DNA of 64,000 nucleotides, taken from NCBI GenBank assembly GCA_964544885.1, contig CAZJDX010000004.1:100293-164292 (forward strand). Direction: 5' to 3'. The notes below the pieces were generated by a model. It saw only the letters and a list, made by a program, of their open reading frames with translations, ran no database searches and had not been told where the DNA came from. This DNA is from an uncultured Flavobacteriales bacterium (GTDB taxonomy: Bacteria; Bacteroidota; Bacteroidia; AKYH767-A; 2013-40CM-41-45). Below, piece after piece: positions 10,420-21,200 of the stretch (positions are counted from its first letter, which is position 1; each line of letters opens with the position of its first letter). The translations under genes were made by a program, and so were the position numbers.

Positions 10420-11856
10420 TCAAGGTTTCTTATTCCTGGAATGGTGATCTATAAAATCCCGCAATTTTTCCGTGTCAAGACGCTTGGCAAGAATTTTCTT
10501 CTCTGCATCCAGAAGGTAGACCACCGGAGTTGAATAAATATCGTAATAACTCCTGAAGCCCGTATTATTATAAAGGTCTGATACATTCACCCAGGGTAAT
10601 TTATTATCACGGATATACTTTTTCCACAATTCAATATCGGATTCAATTCCTACAGCGAATACTTCGAAACTCAAACCTGCCGTCCTGACGCTGTCATAGT
10701 AGTGTACTAATTTAGGCATCTCAATCTTGCAATGACTGCAGGTTGGATCCCAGAAAACGATTACCGTATAATCAGCTTTAATGTTATACAGTGCCTGCAG
10801 CTTGAGCGAAGTATCCGGCATGATCATGTTGTATGCCTTCTCGCCGAGAATGTTCGGTTTTATTTTTTGTACCCGTTCATGGATCTTGGCCTGAAGGGTC
10901 GAATCAGCCCAGAAAGCTTCCTTGGTGAGGTAATACCTTTCCGCGATGTGGACGAAAACTTTATCATAGCCCATCACTTTGGATGTCTCATAATAGTTGG
11001 CAAAGTGCGCTACACAATACTTGAAAACTTCTTTATTGGCGCGTGCGCGCTGGATGATCGTATCCACAGCCACGATGATGGAATCAGGGAGTGGTACCGT
11101 AAGTTGCTGTGTATAGGTCTTGATCTTATTGTAAAATACCGGTGTCCGCAACAACCTGTCATCTGAAAAATCCAGGTCTTTCAGGTAATTGTTTTTATAA
11201 TACCGGAACTGAAAAGTGGAGTCGGTGATATTGCCATTCGCGTCTTTGGGAGCTTCGGGAACTTCCGGTTCAGACATGGCCCGGATGAGCTGAGCCATGA
11301 AAGTTTTTGGATGATCTTTCAGGATCTGAAGCCTGTAATTTTTCACTTCCTGATCCACATTTTTCATCTCTTCTCTGATCGAGTCGGCTTTCGTCTTATC
11401 ATCTTTGTGAATATCCAGCTGAATTTTCAAAGCCTGTGATTTTTTTGACTTTTCAATTATGAAAAGCTGGTGCTCATTGAAAAGCTTGTTTTCCAGTGAG
11501 CCGCTTATTTTCATGTGGGAGATAAAATCCAGTGTATCTGTTTCCAGTGTGAATTTCTGTTCATTGACGATCATCTCGAAATAGGTCTTTCCCGGAAGAA
11601 TGACAAGGTATATACCTCCGGCAAGAGAATCCTCGCCTTTGAATAACATCCATCCTTCTTTGTCAACCCTTACCGTATCTCTTACATATTGTTTATCTCC
11701 GAAGTGATTACCGAGATAGCATACTGTATCCGAAAGGCCTTTGATCCGGACTTTTATTTCATAGCCTTTTGCCGAAGTATCTGAAGATGCAGTAAATAAG
11801 AGTGCGGAGAAAAAAATGACTGACCTGAGAAGACCTGGGAAACTGGTAAATTTCAT
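10420..11856 (-). CDS. Periplasmic thiol:disulfide oxidoreductase, TlpA-like thioredoxin domain with an N-terminal DUF4369-type domain
   Basis: Signal peptide, then a thioredoxin-fold segment carrying the CxxC active site (WDPTCSHCK); overall architecture as in Bacteroidota AhpC/TSA-TlpA redoxins. Confidence 0.8.
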   Translation of the reverse strand: MKFTSFPGLLRSVIFFSALLFTASSDTSAKGYEIKVRIKGLSDTVCYLGNHFGDKQYVRDTVRVDKEGWMLFKGEDSLAGGIYLVILPGKTYFEMIVNEQKFTLETDTLDFISHMKISGSLENKLFNEHQLFIIEKSKKSQALKIQLDIHKDDKTKADSIREEMKNVDQEVKNYRLQILKDHPKTFMAQLIRAMSEPEVPEAPKDANGNITDSTFQFRYYKNNYLKDLDFSDDRLLRTPVFYNKIKTYTQQLTVPLPDSIIVAVDTIIQRARANKEVFKYCVAHFANYYETSKVMGYDKVFVHIAERYYLTKEAFWADSTLQAKIHERVQKIKPNILGEKAYNMIMPDTSLKLQALYNIKADYTVIVFWDPTCSHCKIEMPKLVHYYDSVRTAGLSFEVFAVGIESDIELWKKYIRDNKLPWVNVSDLYNNTGFRSYYDIYSTPVVYLLDAEKKILAKRLDTEKLRDFIDHHSRNKKP

Positions 11857-12036
11857 AGAATCGTTAGTTGTTTATGTGCACGCGAATTTTACAAAAGTAA
11901 TACCACAGATGTTCAGAAAATGAATTATTTATTAATAGCTGATATACAATCCTTTGCAATGAATTTGCCGGCCTTGAATCCGTCGCCTGTGTGCAGGAAA
12001 CCTGAAGAAATGGCTGCTACTTACATGAAATACCAA

Positions 12037-12066
12037 GGGGAAATTTTCCTGCAGGAAAATTTCCCC
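12037..12066 (-). terminator. Perfect 30-bp palindrome (15-bp stem, GGGGAAATTTTCCTG|CAGGAAAATTTCCCC) about 27 nt past the hppD stop, followed on the minus strand by a U-rich stretch. Probable intrinsic terminator of hppD.
   Basis: Read directly: ggggaaattttcctgcaggaaaatttcccc is exactly self-complementary. Minus-strand downstream sequence is UUGGUAUUUCAUG. Confidence 0.4.
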
Positions 12067-12092
12067 TTGACGGTTAACATGGGCAATATAGA

Positions 12093-13187
12093 TCAGAGAT
12101 TACCTCGGATCGCCTGTTCCCTTTCAATAGCTTCAAAAAGCGCTTTGAAATTTCCTTTACCAAAGGACTTAGCTCCTTTACGCTGAATGATCTCATAGAA
12201 CAGAGTAGGCCGGTCTTCTACAGGCTTGGTAAATATCTGTAGCAGATATCCTTCATCATCCCTGTCCACAAGAATTCCCAGCTTACCCAGGGTAGAAATA
12301 TCTTCATCGATTTTTCCAACACGTTTCTCCAACTCCTCATAGTAATTGGAAGGCACTCTCAGAAATTCAATTCCTCTTTTCTGCAACTCCGTTACGGTCT
12401 TGATCACATCATTGGTCAGGACGGCAATATGCTGTACACCGGCCCCTCTGTAAAATTCCAGGTACTCGTCAATTTGTGATTTTTTCTTCCCTTCGGCAGG
12501 TTCATTGATAGGGAATTTGATATACCCATTACCATTAGAAACCACTTTACTCATCAAAGCGGAGTATTCGGTCGAAATGTCCTTGTCATCAAAGGTGATG
12601 ATCATCTTGAATCCAAGCACATCCTCATAAAACTTGACCCATTCGTTCATGCGTCCCAACTCCACATTTCCGACACAGTGATCGATCACTTCAAGCCCGA
12701 TAGGTTCGGTTTTGAAGGATGATTTCGCCGCAATATATCCGGGCATGAATGCTCCCTTGTAATTTTTTCTCTCTACAAACGTATGTATTGTGTCTCCGTA
12801 GGTATGGATGGATGCGGTCTTCACTTCACCCTGTTCATCCCGTAAGGTCTGTAATGCCGTATGCTGTCTGGCTCCGCGCGACATCGTTTCATAGAAGGAC
12901 TTCTCTGCGTCATCGACCCATAAGGCAAGAACCTTGACTCCGTCTCCATGTTTTCTCACATGTTCCGAGATCTCGCTGTCGGGCAGCAGGGAAGTGGTGA
13001 GTACCAGCCGTATCTTTCCCTGTTGCAGTACATAGGAAGCTCTGTCGCGTATACCGGTCTCCGGACCTGCATAAGCGATCAGTTCAAAGCCAAATGCATG
13101 TTGATAGAAGTAGGATGCCTGCTTTGCATTACCAACCCAGAATTCTATATGGTCAGTACCTAACAAGGGAAGAAAATCAGCTGCCAT
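12093..13187 (-). CDS. hppD: 4-hydroxyphenylpyruvate dioxygenase
   Basis: 364 aa with two vicinal-oxygen-chelate/glyoxalase-like halves, a conserved HPPD N-terminus (HIEFWVGNAKQ) and the C-terminal motif …QIFTKP…FFEIIQR. Confidence 0.93.
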   Translation of the reverse strand: MAADFLPLLGTDHIEFWVGNAKQASYFYQHAFGFELIAYAGPETGIRDRASYVLQQGKIRLVLTTSLLPDSEISEHVRKHGDGVKVLALWVDDAEKSFYETMSRGARQHTALQTLRDEQGEVKTASIHTYGDTIHTFVERKNYKGAFMPGYIAAKSSFKTEPIGLEVIDHCVGNVELGRMNEWVKFYEDVLGFKMIITFDDKDISTEYSALMSKVVSNGNGYIKFPINEPAEGKKKSQIDEYLEFYRGAGVQHIAVLTNDVIKTVTELQKRGIEFLRVPSNYYEELEKRVGKIDEDISTLGKLGILVDRDDEGYLLQIFTKPVEDRPTLFYEIIQRKGAKSFGKGNFKALFEAIEREQAIRGNL

Positions 13188-13273
13188 GATTATTGATTTT
13201 TAACTGTTGATGAATTGTTCAAGCCTAAATTTACGAATCTTCCAAAAAGTCGCCAAGTTCGGAAGCATGATAT

Positions 13274-15127
13274 TTATCTCTTTTTGGGAGGTTGAATTCC
13301 GCGTTCTTTAGCCATCGTTTCCAGTCTCTGCTGAAAGGACGATTTTTTCACCGGTTTTTTCTTGTTTTCCTGAATCTGGCGGTGTATGGCATCTTCGTCG
13401 ATGAAAGCCTTGAAAAGGTATTGCTGTCCGAATCCGAAAATATTGCTCAGGAAGTAGTAATAGCTCAGTCCGGATGAATAATTATTAAAGAATCCCAGGA
13501 AAAATATGGGCATCAGGTACATCATCCATTTCATCTGGGGATTGGTTGCCGTTGCCATCTGCAGATTGACCTTTGTATAGATAATGGTGGAAATGGTCAT
13601 CAGCAGGGTAAAGAGACTCACGTGCGCGCCGTAAAAAGGTATCTTGAAGGGAAGGTCCAGGATATTGTCATAAGTTGAAAGGTCAGTTGCCCAAAGGAAT
13701 GGCTCCTGCCGGAGTTCGATGGAAGAGGGAAAGAAATTGAACATCGCGATAAGGATTGGCATCTGTAATAAACCGGGTATGCATCCTCCAAGCGGATTAA
13801 CACCTGCCTTGCGGTAAAGTCCCATTACCTCTTGCTGTTTCTTCATCGGGTCATCCTTGAACTTCTCATTGATTTCCGTCATTTCGGGTTGCAGCACTTT
13901 CATCTTGGCCTGCGACTTGAATGAACCATAGGTGAGAGGAAGCAAGATGATCCTCACAAGAATAGTGAGCAGGAGGATGATGATCCCGTAGTTGAAATTG
14001 AAACTGTTGAGAAAATTAAAAGTGGGAATCACCAGGAACTTGTTTACCCATCCAAAGATGCCCCAACCCAGCGGTATCAGTTTCTCAAGGTTCAGGTCGT
14101 CGATTTTCTTAAGGGTCTGGTAATGGTTGGGACCGGCATAAAATCGCATGCCATAGCTCTCTTTTTCTTTGCGGTCATAAGGGAGGGAGAAGGAGGCGGA
14201 CATGCTTTTTACATATTCACTGTTCTCATCGGTGATGGTTTCCACCACGGGAGAGTCAAAAGTTTCATCGGCGATCAGTGCGACTGTAAAGAAGTGTTGT
14301 TTAAAGGCGACCCATTTCACACGGGTCTTGAGACTTTCCTTTTCATCACTCGTCGGACTCAGGTAATCCACATCCTCCTCCGCGAAGCGGTAATAAATGG
14401 TGGCGCTTGCGCGCTCATTCTCCAGATTATTTTCTTTCCGTGTCAGCTGGTCTTTCCAGTCCAGATTGATATAAGAAGCATTGGAAGCTATGATATCCTG
14501 CATACCTACCGCGTTGATTCTGAAATCCAGCAGGTAAGAATCTTCAACCAGGCTGTAAACGTATTCAATATACTTTCCTTCACCTGCAGGCAGGCGCATG
14601 CTTACTTCATTGCTCTTTCCTGCCGTACCGGCCGACTGAAAATACAAATCTTTGGTATTGATGATCCTGTTGCCCGCGGAAAGGGACAGGTTGAATTCAC
14701 CGGAATCTCCGGACATCAGGATAACCGGTCTTCCATCCCAGGTCTGATAATTCTTCAGTTCTATTCCTCTGATCCTTCCTCCATGGGAAGAGATCTCAAC
14801 CTTTATCAGTTTATTTTCCAGACTGAGAATCTGTTCAACTCCTTCAGCGCCTCCTGCAAATTCGCCATACATCTCCTTATTGCGGTCAGGCGCGATACTG
14901 TCAGTTTGCAGAGAATCAGTCCCGGCCTTCTGTGAAGCGGTATCGCTGTAAGGTACCGTTGAGGAAGCTGCCGCAGCCATGGCTTCAAGTTTAGCCTGGG
15001 CCGCTGCAACCGAGTCCCTGCGATCCTGCATGGCCCTGATCTCTTCTTTACTCGGCTGCGTATAAATCGTGTAGGCAATGATCAGCAAGCCTATTAACAA
15101 CAAACCTATTATTGACTGTCTGTCCAT
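13274..15127 (-). CDS. yidC: Membrane protein insertase YidC (long Bacteroidota form with a large periplasmic domain)
   Basis: C-terminal 60-kDa inner-membrane insertase core (LLPLTYGSFKSQAKMKVLQPEMTEINEKFKDDP…QEVMGLYRKAGVNPLGGCIPGLLQMPILIAMFNFF). The N-terminal TM plus large periplasmic domain matches the 617-aa length. Confidence 0.93.
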   Translation of the reverse strand: MDRQSIIGLLLIGLLIIAYTIYTQPSKEEIRAMQDRRDSVAAAQAKLEAMAAAASSTVPYSDTASQKAGTDSLQTDSIAPDRNKEMYGEFAGGAEGVEQILSLENKLIKVEISSHGGRIRGIELKNYQTWDGRPVILMSGDSGEFNLSLSAGNRIINTKDLYFQSAGTAGKSNEVSMRLPAGEGKYIEYVYSLVEDSYLLDFRINAVGMQDIIASNASYINLDWKDQLTRKENNLENERASATIYYRFAEEDVDYLSPTSDEKESLKTRVKWVAFKQHFFTVALIADETFDSPVVETITDENSEYVKSMSASFSLPYDRKEKESYGMRFYAGPNHYQTLKKIDDLNLEKLIPLGWGIFGWVNKFLVIPTFNFLNSFNFNYGIIILLLTILVRIILLPLTYGSFKSQAKMKVLQPEMTEINEKFKDDPMKKQQEVMGLYRKAGVNPLGGCIPGLLQMPILIAMFNFFPSSIELRQEPFLWATDLSTYDNILDLPFKIPFYGAHVSLFTLLMTISTIIYTKVNLQMATATNPQMKWMMYLMPIFFLGFFNNYSSGLSYYYFLSNIFGFGQQYLFKAFIDEDAIHRQIQENKKKPVKKSSFQQRLETMAKERGIQPPKKR

Positions 15128-15192
15128 CAGGAATTTTTAGAGAGGCCGCAAAGATAAAAAAAAAGGCTTGCCTTCCCTGTTGGAATGGGTCC

Positions 15193-15224
15193 AAAAAAAA
15201 GCCGGAAGAATCTCCCGGCTTTTC
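15193..15224 (-). terminator. Rho-independent terminator downstream of the 2194-aa gene (minus strand: AAAAGCCGGGAGAUUCUUCCGGCUUUUUUUU)
   Basis: Inverted repeat gccgg…ccggc with an A8 run on the plus strand, which is a U8 tail on the minus strand. It begins about 17 nt after the stop codon at 15241. Confidence 0.5.
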
Positions 15225-15240
15225 ATTAAATAATTTGTTT

Positions 15241-18200
15241 TTAATTCTTTATGAACCTGACCTGTCGTGGGTTTTCTGTCCTGTCAACATGATCGAGTTT
15301 CAGGTAATATACACCCGGTGAAAGTTGTTCTATATTGCTCTGAAGAATATTGGCGCCGCGCTGGGTTCCGAATCTTTCCCAACTGACCAGTTTTCCATAC
15401 ACATCCAGAATCTGCACATTGATCACACTTTCATATTCTTCAAAGAAGGAATAAGTGATGGTGGTTCTGGCAGGATTAGGATATACTGAAAGCGCGTCTT
15501 TGGTCTTCAGGCAGTTCAGGGCGACTATATCAGAAACACTTTCTGTTCCGTCTATATCCACCTGGCGTAATCTGTAATACACAACTCCGTTGCAAGGATC
15601 TTCATCCGTAAAATTGTATTCTCTTGTTTCGGTAGTAGTACCTGCGCCGTAACCATTGATCTGCGCGATCTTCACGAAATTTTCTCCATCATAGCTTCTT
15701 TCAAGAATGAAGTAATCATTGTTGATCTCGGATGCCGTGATCCACTCACAACGGTTACCTCTTTCGGTATTCTCGGCCCGGAAGGAGATAAGCTCAATCG
15801 GAAGTGCGGTACCGAACTGCACCGTGGCAAAGTTGAAGAACCCGGTATTGCTTGCATCATAGGCATAACGGCGTGATGCAGGTTTTGGCGGAGGTGGGAA
15901 GGTCGGGTTACATGGACAGGTTGCTTCCATCGTCCAGCTTCCTGAACCGTTTACATCTTTCATAATGGTCAGTGCGGCGAATGATCCGGCTGCTCCGGCT
16001 GTAAAGAAGTCAATATAAGTACCTGCCGGAACAGCCAGGGTGGTAGCTGCGCTGAGAGTAACGGTGGTAGCCGTAACTGCCGTGATGGTGGCTCCGGGAG
16101 GAACACCAAATCCCAGTACATTCATACCCACACTCAGAGCAGGGAAACCGGGAGTCGCCGTTGATGCAAAGGTGAGTACGGTTCCCGGAGCGCCCTGCGC
16201 AACACTTACGGCATGACTGATGGATGCCGGCGTAGCCGTTCCCACGTAGTTTGAATAGGTACGGTTGTACAAAGTCATGGTATAGGTACCCGTAGGAGTT
16301 GCTGTACTGGAAATGGTATTCCAGTAACCGTGATTCAGCGCCTGACGAAGACTCCAGTTATAGCCCGAACATTCAAGCGGCGGATAAACTCCGTTCACGA
16401 GCGGCAGGTTGGCTCCGCCCCAGCGCAGGAAGCGCATCAACAGATTATAAGGAGCGCTTGGAGGAGTGGTGAATTCAATATTCGCTCTCTCCCAACCGGT
16501 GATGGCATCCCCGACAGGGAAATCATAACTGGCAACGCTGGTCCCAAAATAACGGCGCATCCATCCTTCAACATAACTGGCTGTATTTCCAATGGTCGAA
16601 GCGGCGCCGGCGGTATTGGTAATTACAACTTCATTCGTACCGGTAATGATCTTACCATTGGTAAGAGTCAAAACCCCCGCGGTTCCCAGTACCATATTGT
16701 TAAAGGCTCCGGCGCTCAACGTCACTGAGGAGTTGATCGTCTGGGCCATTCTCACATTGTTCAGCGTAAGAAGACTTCCATTATTGGTGAAGGTCTGTGG
16801 CGCCGCACCTATAAAGGAAAGCATGGATCCGGCAGGTGACTGAAATGTTGAGGTTCCGTTGAAGTTCGTGAAGTTTCTTCCTATTCTCAGATCAAACCCA
16901 TTGCAGTTAAATACACTCGTTCCGTTGACAGTACTAAAGTCCCTGGCAACCTCCACGATAGCATTCATCTGGACATTGCCACCGCTTTTATTGATGACAA
17001 GATTACCCATTCTGCTTGTGCCGGTTATATTTCCGTTAATGGTTTGATTGGCACTACCGATAAATTCAATGATAGATGTTGGATCAGCAATTAAAGTCCC
17101 ATCGTTTGTATAATTACCGCAAATCTGAAGAGTAACCCCTGCATTGATGGTGAGTGTGGCTCCGGGTCCGATATAAACATCCTTAACCTGCTCATTGGCT
17201 GTCAGTACCGGTTGGTTCAGGGGACCGGAGTTAATATTCGCACTGGTCACGCAACTGGGCGTACCGCATCCTCCCCAGTTAGCCACATCCGACCAGGTGC
17301 TGTTGGCACCGCCGGTCCAGCTTAAGGTGGCCGGTGAACCGAAATTCACCGGTGAGGAGGTGCCAAAGTCAAGGGTAAATCCGGCTGCAAGACCTGATGT
17401 ATTATTGATCATGAGCAGGTAAGTTTCACCGGCAGTGACCAGGATATCCTGTGAGAATGGAGGATTAACCGGCAGGCAAATGGTACAGGTTCCTATACTC
17501 TGCATTCCCGTTGTACCTGCCGTGGTGCTGTAATTACAAGCCGCAATGGTGGCTGCATTGCTCAGAACCTGGGCGCAGGCATTGGCTATGGTCGGATAGC
17601 TGGAAATATTCCAAAGCACCCAGTCATAATTAATATTGCTGGTCGGGATGATATCAAAGAACAGGTTACCGGTTGTAGCGATGTTGAAAGTGAACCAGGC
17701 TGAATTATTTTCTCTTGCACCTGTGGCTGGCACGCAGCCATAGGCAGTGGCTGTATTACCCAGGTCACAGATATTTCCTGCTCCCTGGAAGCCGGGACTT
17801 CCATAGGTTGTTTGCTGGGCGCAGATCTGTGTAGGCAGCACGCAATCCTGTTGCGGTATGGGTGCCAGCGGAATCGAATTATCATAAATCGTTATACCGA
17901 AGGTACCGGTGAGCGCATTTCGGCCGTCTACAACCACATAATAGGTTACGCCAGGAGTAAGACCTGTGGCAATCAGCTCAGAGGCAAAAGTGCTCACTCC
18001 GCATTGTGTATAGTCATCATTACAACTGACGGCGCCAAACGGTACGAGGGAGAAACAGAAAGCGCCCTGATAGATGGCTATTTGTGTATTGGTGAGCGTT
18101 CCAAGTGTGGTCCTTATTCTTACCTGTCCGGATGCAGGTGCTACGAAAGTATACCAAACCGTATTGAGTTCGCCTGCTCCTGAATTTGCCCAGCATGATG

Positions 18201-21200
18201 GGGCAGCACCGGCGCCATCCGGAGGATAAGGTTCACTCAGACCATTACTGCAGGAATTATATCCGGTATAGGTCGTTCCCAGCGTGACCAACTGAGCGTT
18301 ACAGGGAAGATCGTTGCTTGGCGGTCCAAGAGGACATGGGTCTGTCACACATATTTCAAAACCACCGCTGAGGCCGTTCTTCGCCCAGATCCTTATGTAT
18401 AGTGTTTCACCCGCTGTTCTTCCTGTAAGTGTAAGTGAGGGCATGGCTGGATTCACACTGCTGTTATCATTACATCCGATCTGCGTAAATGCCGTACTGC
18501 AACTGGCCGCTGAATAAACCGCCATCACCGCATCAGGGATGTTGATACTTCTTGTGTCAATGGAAACCTGGCCACTGGCGGGTACGGTAACCGAGAACCA
18601 AACATCCCTGCTGGTGGTATTGAAGTTTCCGCAGGTGGTGACCGTTGCCGGAACACCTGCCTGCACCGTGTTGGTGGCGCAAAGAGTAGTATAAGGTTTA
18701 TAGATACATCCGGCGCTTACTGAGAGCGGGATTGCCTGACATGGATTGTCATTGGGAACAGCCGTACTGCATGGAGTCTCAACACAGAACCCAAAATCAC
18801 CTGTACGGGTAGTGTTACCATTCCATATCCAGTGTCTTACATAAAGTATTTCACCCGGTACCAGTCCGCCTAGTGAGATATAAGGCATCAGTCCCGGACC
18901 ACTGAGGTCGTCGCAGGCAAGTTGTGTAAAGGTCGAGCAGTTGGTAGAACGGTAAACAGCCATCTGATCATCGGTAACACTGCCAGCGGCAGTAACAAAG
19001 TTCATGGTAGTAATTCCGGGAGGAACTACAACGCGGACCCAGGTATCATTACTTGGATTCCAGCCCGGCGCCCAGAAAGGATCGCAGTTTACCGGTGCGG
19101 GAATACCAGCCGTTACCGCAGTGGGTGTCTGACAACGAAGTGAGAGTGTGGTATAAGTATTACAGGTTCCAGTTGTAACAGGGAAGTCGTTTGTGATCTG
19201 GCAGGGTTCATCAGCCTGGTATGGATTGGGCGCAGAAAGAGGGGAGGTCTCATAGGCCGCCAACTGGAAGGTTCCTTCGTTAGCCGGCAGTGTTGATCCA
19301 TATGGCCAGACTCGCAGCCATAAGGTCTCTCCCGGCGTGAGTCCTCCGCAAAGAGTTATCTCCGGTGCCAGTCCCGGTCCCGCATCATCATTGCAGGCCA
19401 CCTGGGTCAGTGAGGTACAGGTTCCGCGATACACCTGCAGTACCGGATCACGCATACCGCCGGTGGTAGGACCGACCAGTCCGGTAATGGTAAGACCACC
19501 GGATGGAGGAACAATGATGCGGATCCATACGTCTATCCTCGGGGCGGTGGCGCAGGTATTTCCAGGCATACCGGTGGAAGTGGTAGCGCAAACATTGGTA
19601 AAGGTTGAATACACCGGTACTCCTCCGGTAGTGACAGTCAATGGCGTGGCGCTGCAGGGTTCGTCGTATGAATTACAGGCGGAACTGAGACAGAATTCAA
19701 TGCTTCCGTTAGACGCATTGTTTTCCGACCATACTCTGACCCAAACGACTTCACCGGGTGTTCTTCCGGTGAGAGCGACAAGCGGGAAGTTGGCATTGAT
19801 ACTCGAACCGTTATCCGCGCAGGCGATCTGGGTAAATGGACCTGCGCAACTTCCGGCTGAATAGACCGCCATAGCCGCATTGCCCATTGGATTGGTAGCG
19901 CCGGGGCGGGTATCAATCACCACGTTACCTGCCGCAGGGATCGTCACACGGAACCATATATCCCCACCGTTATAATTTCCGCAGCTTGGAGCGGGAACTC
20001 CGGTGGTTGCCGATGCGCAGTTATTCGAATATCCCGCGGCTGTCCAGGTACAGGTCGCGCCGCCGACAGCAAGCATTGGTACACCGGCATCACAGGGATC
20101 ATTATTCACCGGAGCCAGTCCGGCAGTGGCGATCTGTAAGGTGAATGGGATACAAGGCGGGGTGCCGTTGTTGTCAACCACTATGTAATAGGTGTTTCCT
20201 ACAACCAGACTCACGGATGAAATACTTACCGAGTTGCCGGTAGAATTGTTTGATGCGAGACAAACAACACCAGCGGCGGTAGGACAATCGTTCAGAACGA
20301 AGATCCCGGGATTGGAACCCGCGCCTGTATTGGTCACGTTAATGGAAATACAGGAGTTGGCGATAGAGGTAGGAGTATAGGTATAGACAAAGTCTTCTCC
20401 GTTCATGTAACTGCTGCTGCAGCCATGAGTGGAGTTATAATCATTTACTGCTCCGCAGGTTGTCTGGCAGTTTAAAGTAAGCGGGAGTGTAGTGGAAAGA
20501 GCCGTTGCATTGGCACAATTTGAGGCTCCGTAATTTTCCACGCAGATCTGGAATTCACCCTGTGCGGAGGCGTCGCCCGCAACACGAATATAGTACTGCG
20601 TTGCGTTACAGGCATTGGCCGGATCGCTGATATCTAAAACAGCATTGTTCGCGTTAATGGTGCCTCCTGTGCTGGCACAACCCATGGATACCAGCGCGCC
20701 GCAGGCACCGGAATATACTTCAACTGAAGTGGTAACTCCTCTGCATAAGGCTGCAAAATCTGTTGTGACCCGGAAGGAGGTGATGTTCGCCGGTTTGGTG
20801 AACCGATACCATACATCATTGGTATTGCCTGCATCGCATGGAGCGGCCGGGGTACCTGTATTGGTAGCACCGATGAGAGTTCCAATGGTAGGCGTGCAGG
20901 CTCCGGCAGGGATGCTTCCCAGATTAACCGCGTTAGCACATTGATCGTTGGCGGGTACGCCTTTGTCAAAAGTGATGTATTGAACCTGGGTTATGACAGT
21001 ATTAGCAGAACCCAGATTATTTATATTGGATGTCTCAACGGTTTTGGAAGCGCTTCCGTTCGTCCAGCCGGGCAGATTCACCGGAGCGGTGCTTTGCACG
21101 ACGGAATAAAAATCACCTCCGCAGGTATCGGCAAAACCTATGCTGGCACCTCCTGAAGTTCCGGAATAAGGGCCGTATGCCTGTGGGAGAGTCGTTACGA

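Noticed and set aside
10732-11166. 144-aa + strand ORF inside the redoxin gene
   Set aside because: Antisense shadow. The minus-strand frame carries the signal peptide and the CxxC thioredoxin motif.
11920-12186. 88-aa + strand ORF upstream of and overlapping the hppD 3' end
   Set aside because: It overlaps the hppD coding sequence on the opposite strand and contains the 30-bp palindrome/terminator. It has no motifs.
14123-14935. 270-aa + strand ORF antisense to yidC
   Set aside because: yidC is unambiguous from its conserved insertase core. The antisense ORF has no motifs and a composition typical of shadow frames.
15672-21156. About 25 ORFs of 60-175 aa on both strands inside the 2194-aa gene (for example 19337..19864)
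   Set aside because: The giant gene is GC-rich and stop-codon-poor in several frames. The internal ORFs are Pro/Arg/Ala-rich with no signals. A single continuous frame carrying a signal peptide, the repeats and the T9SS CTD explains the region.
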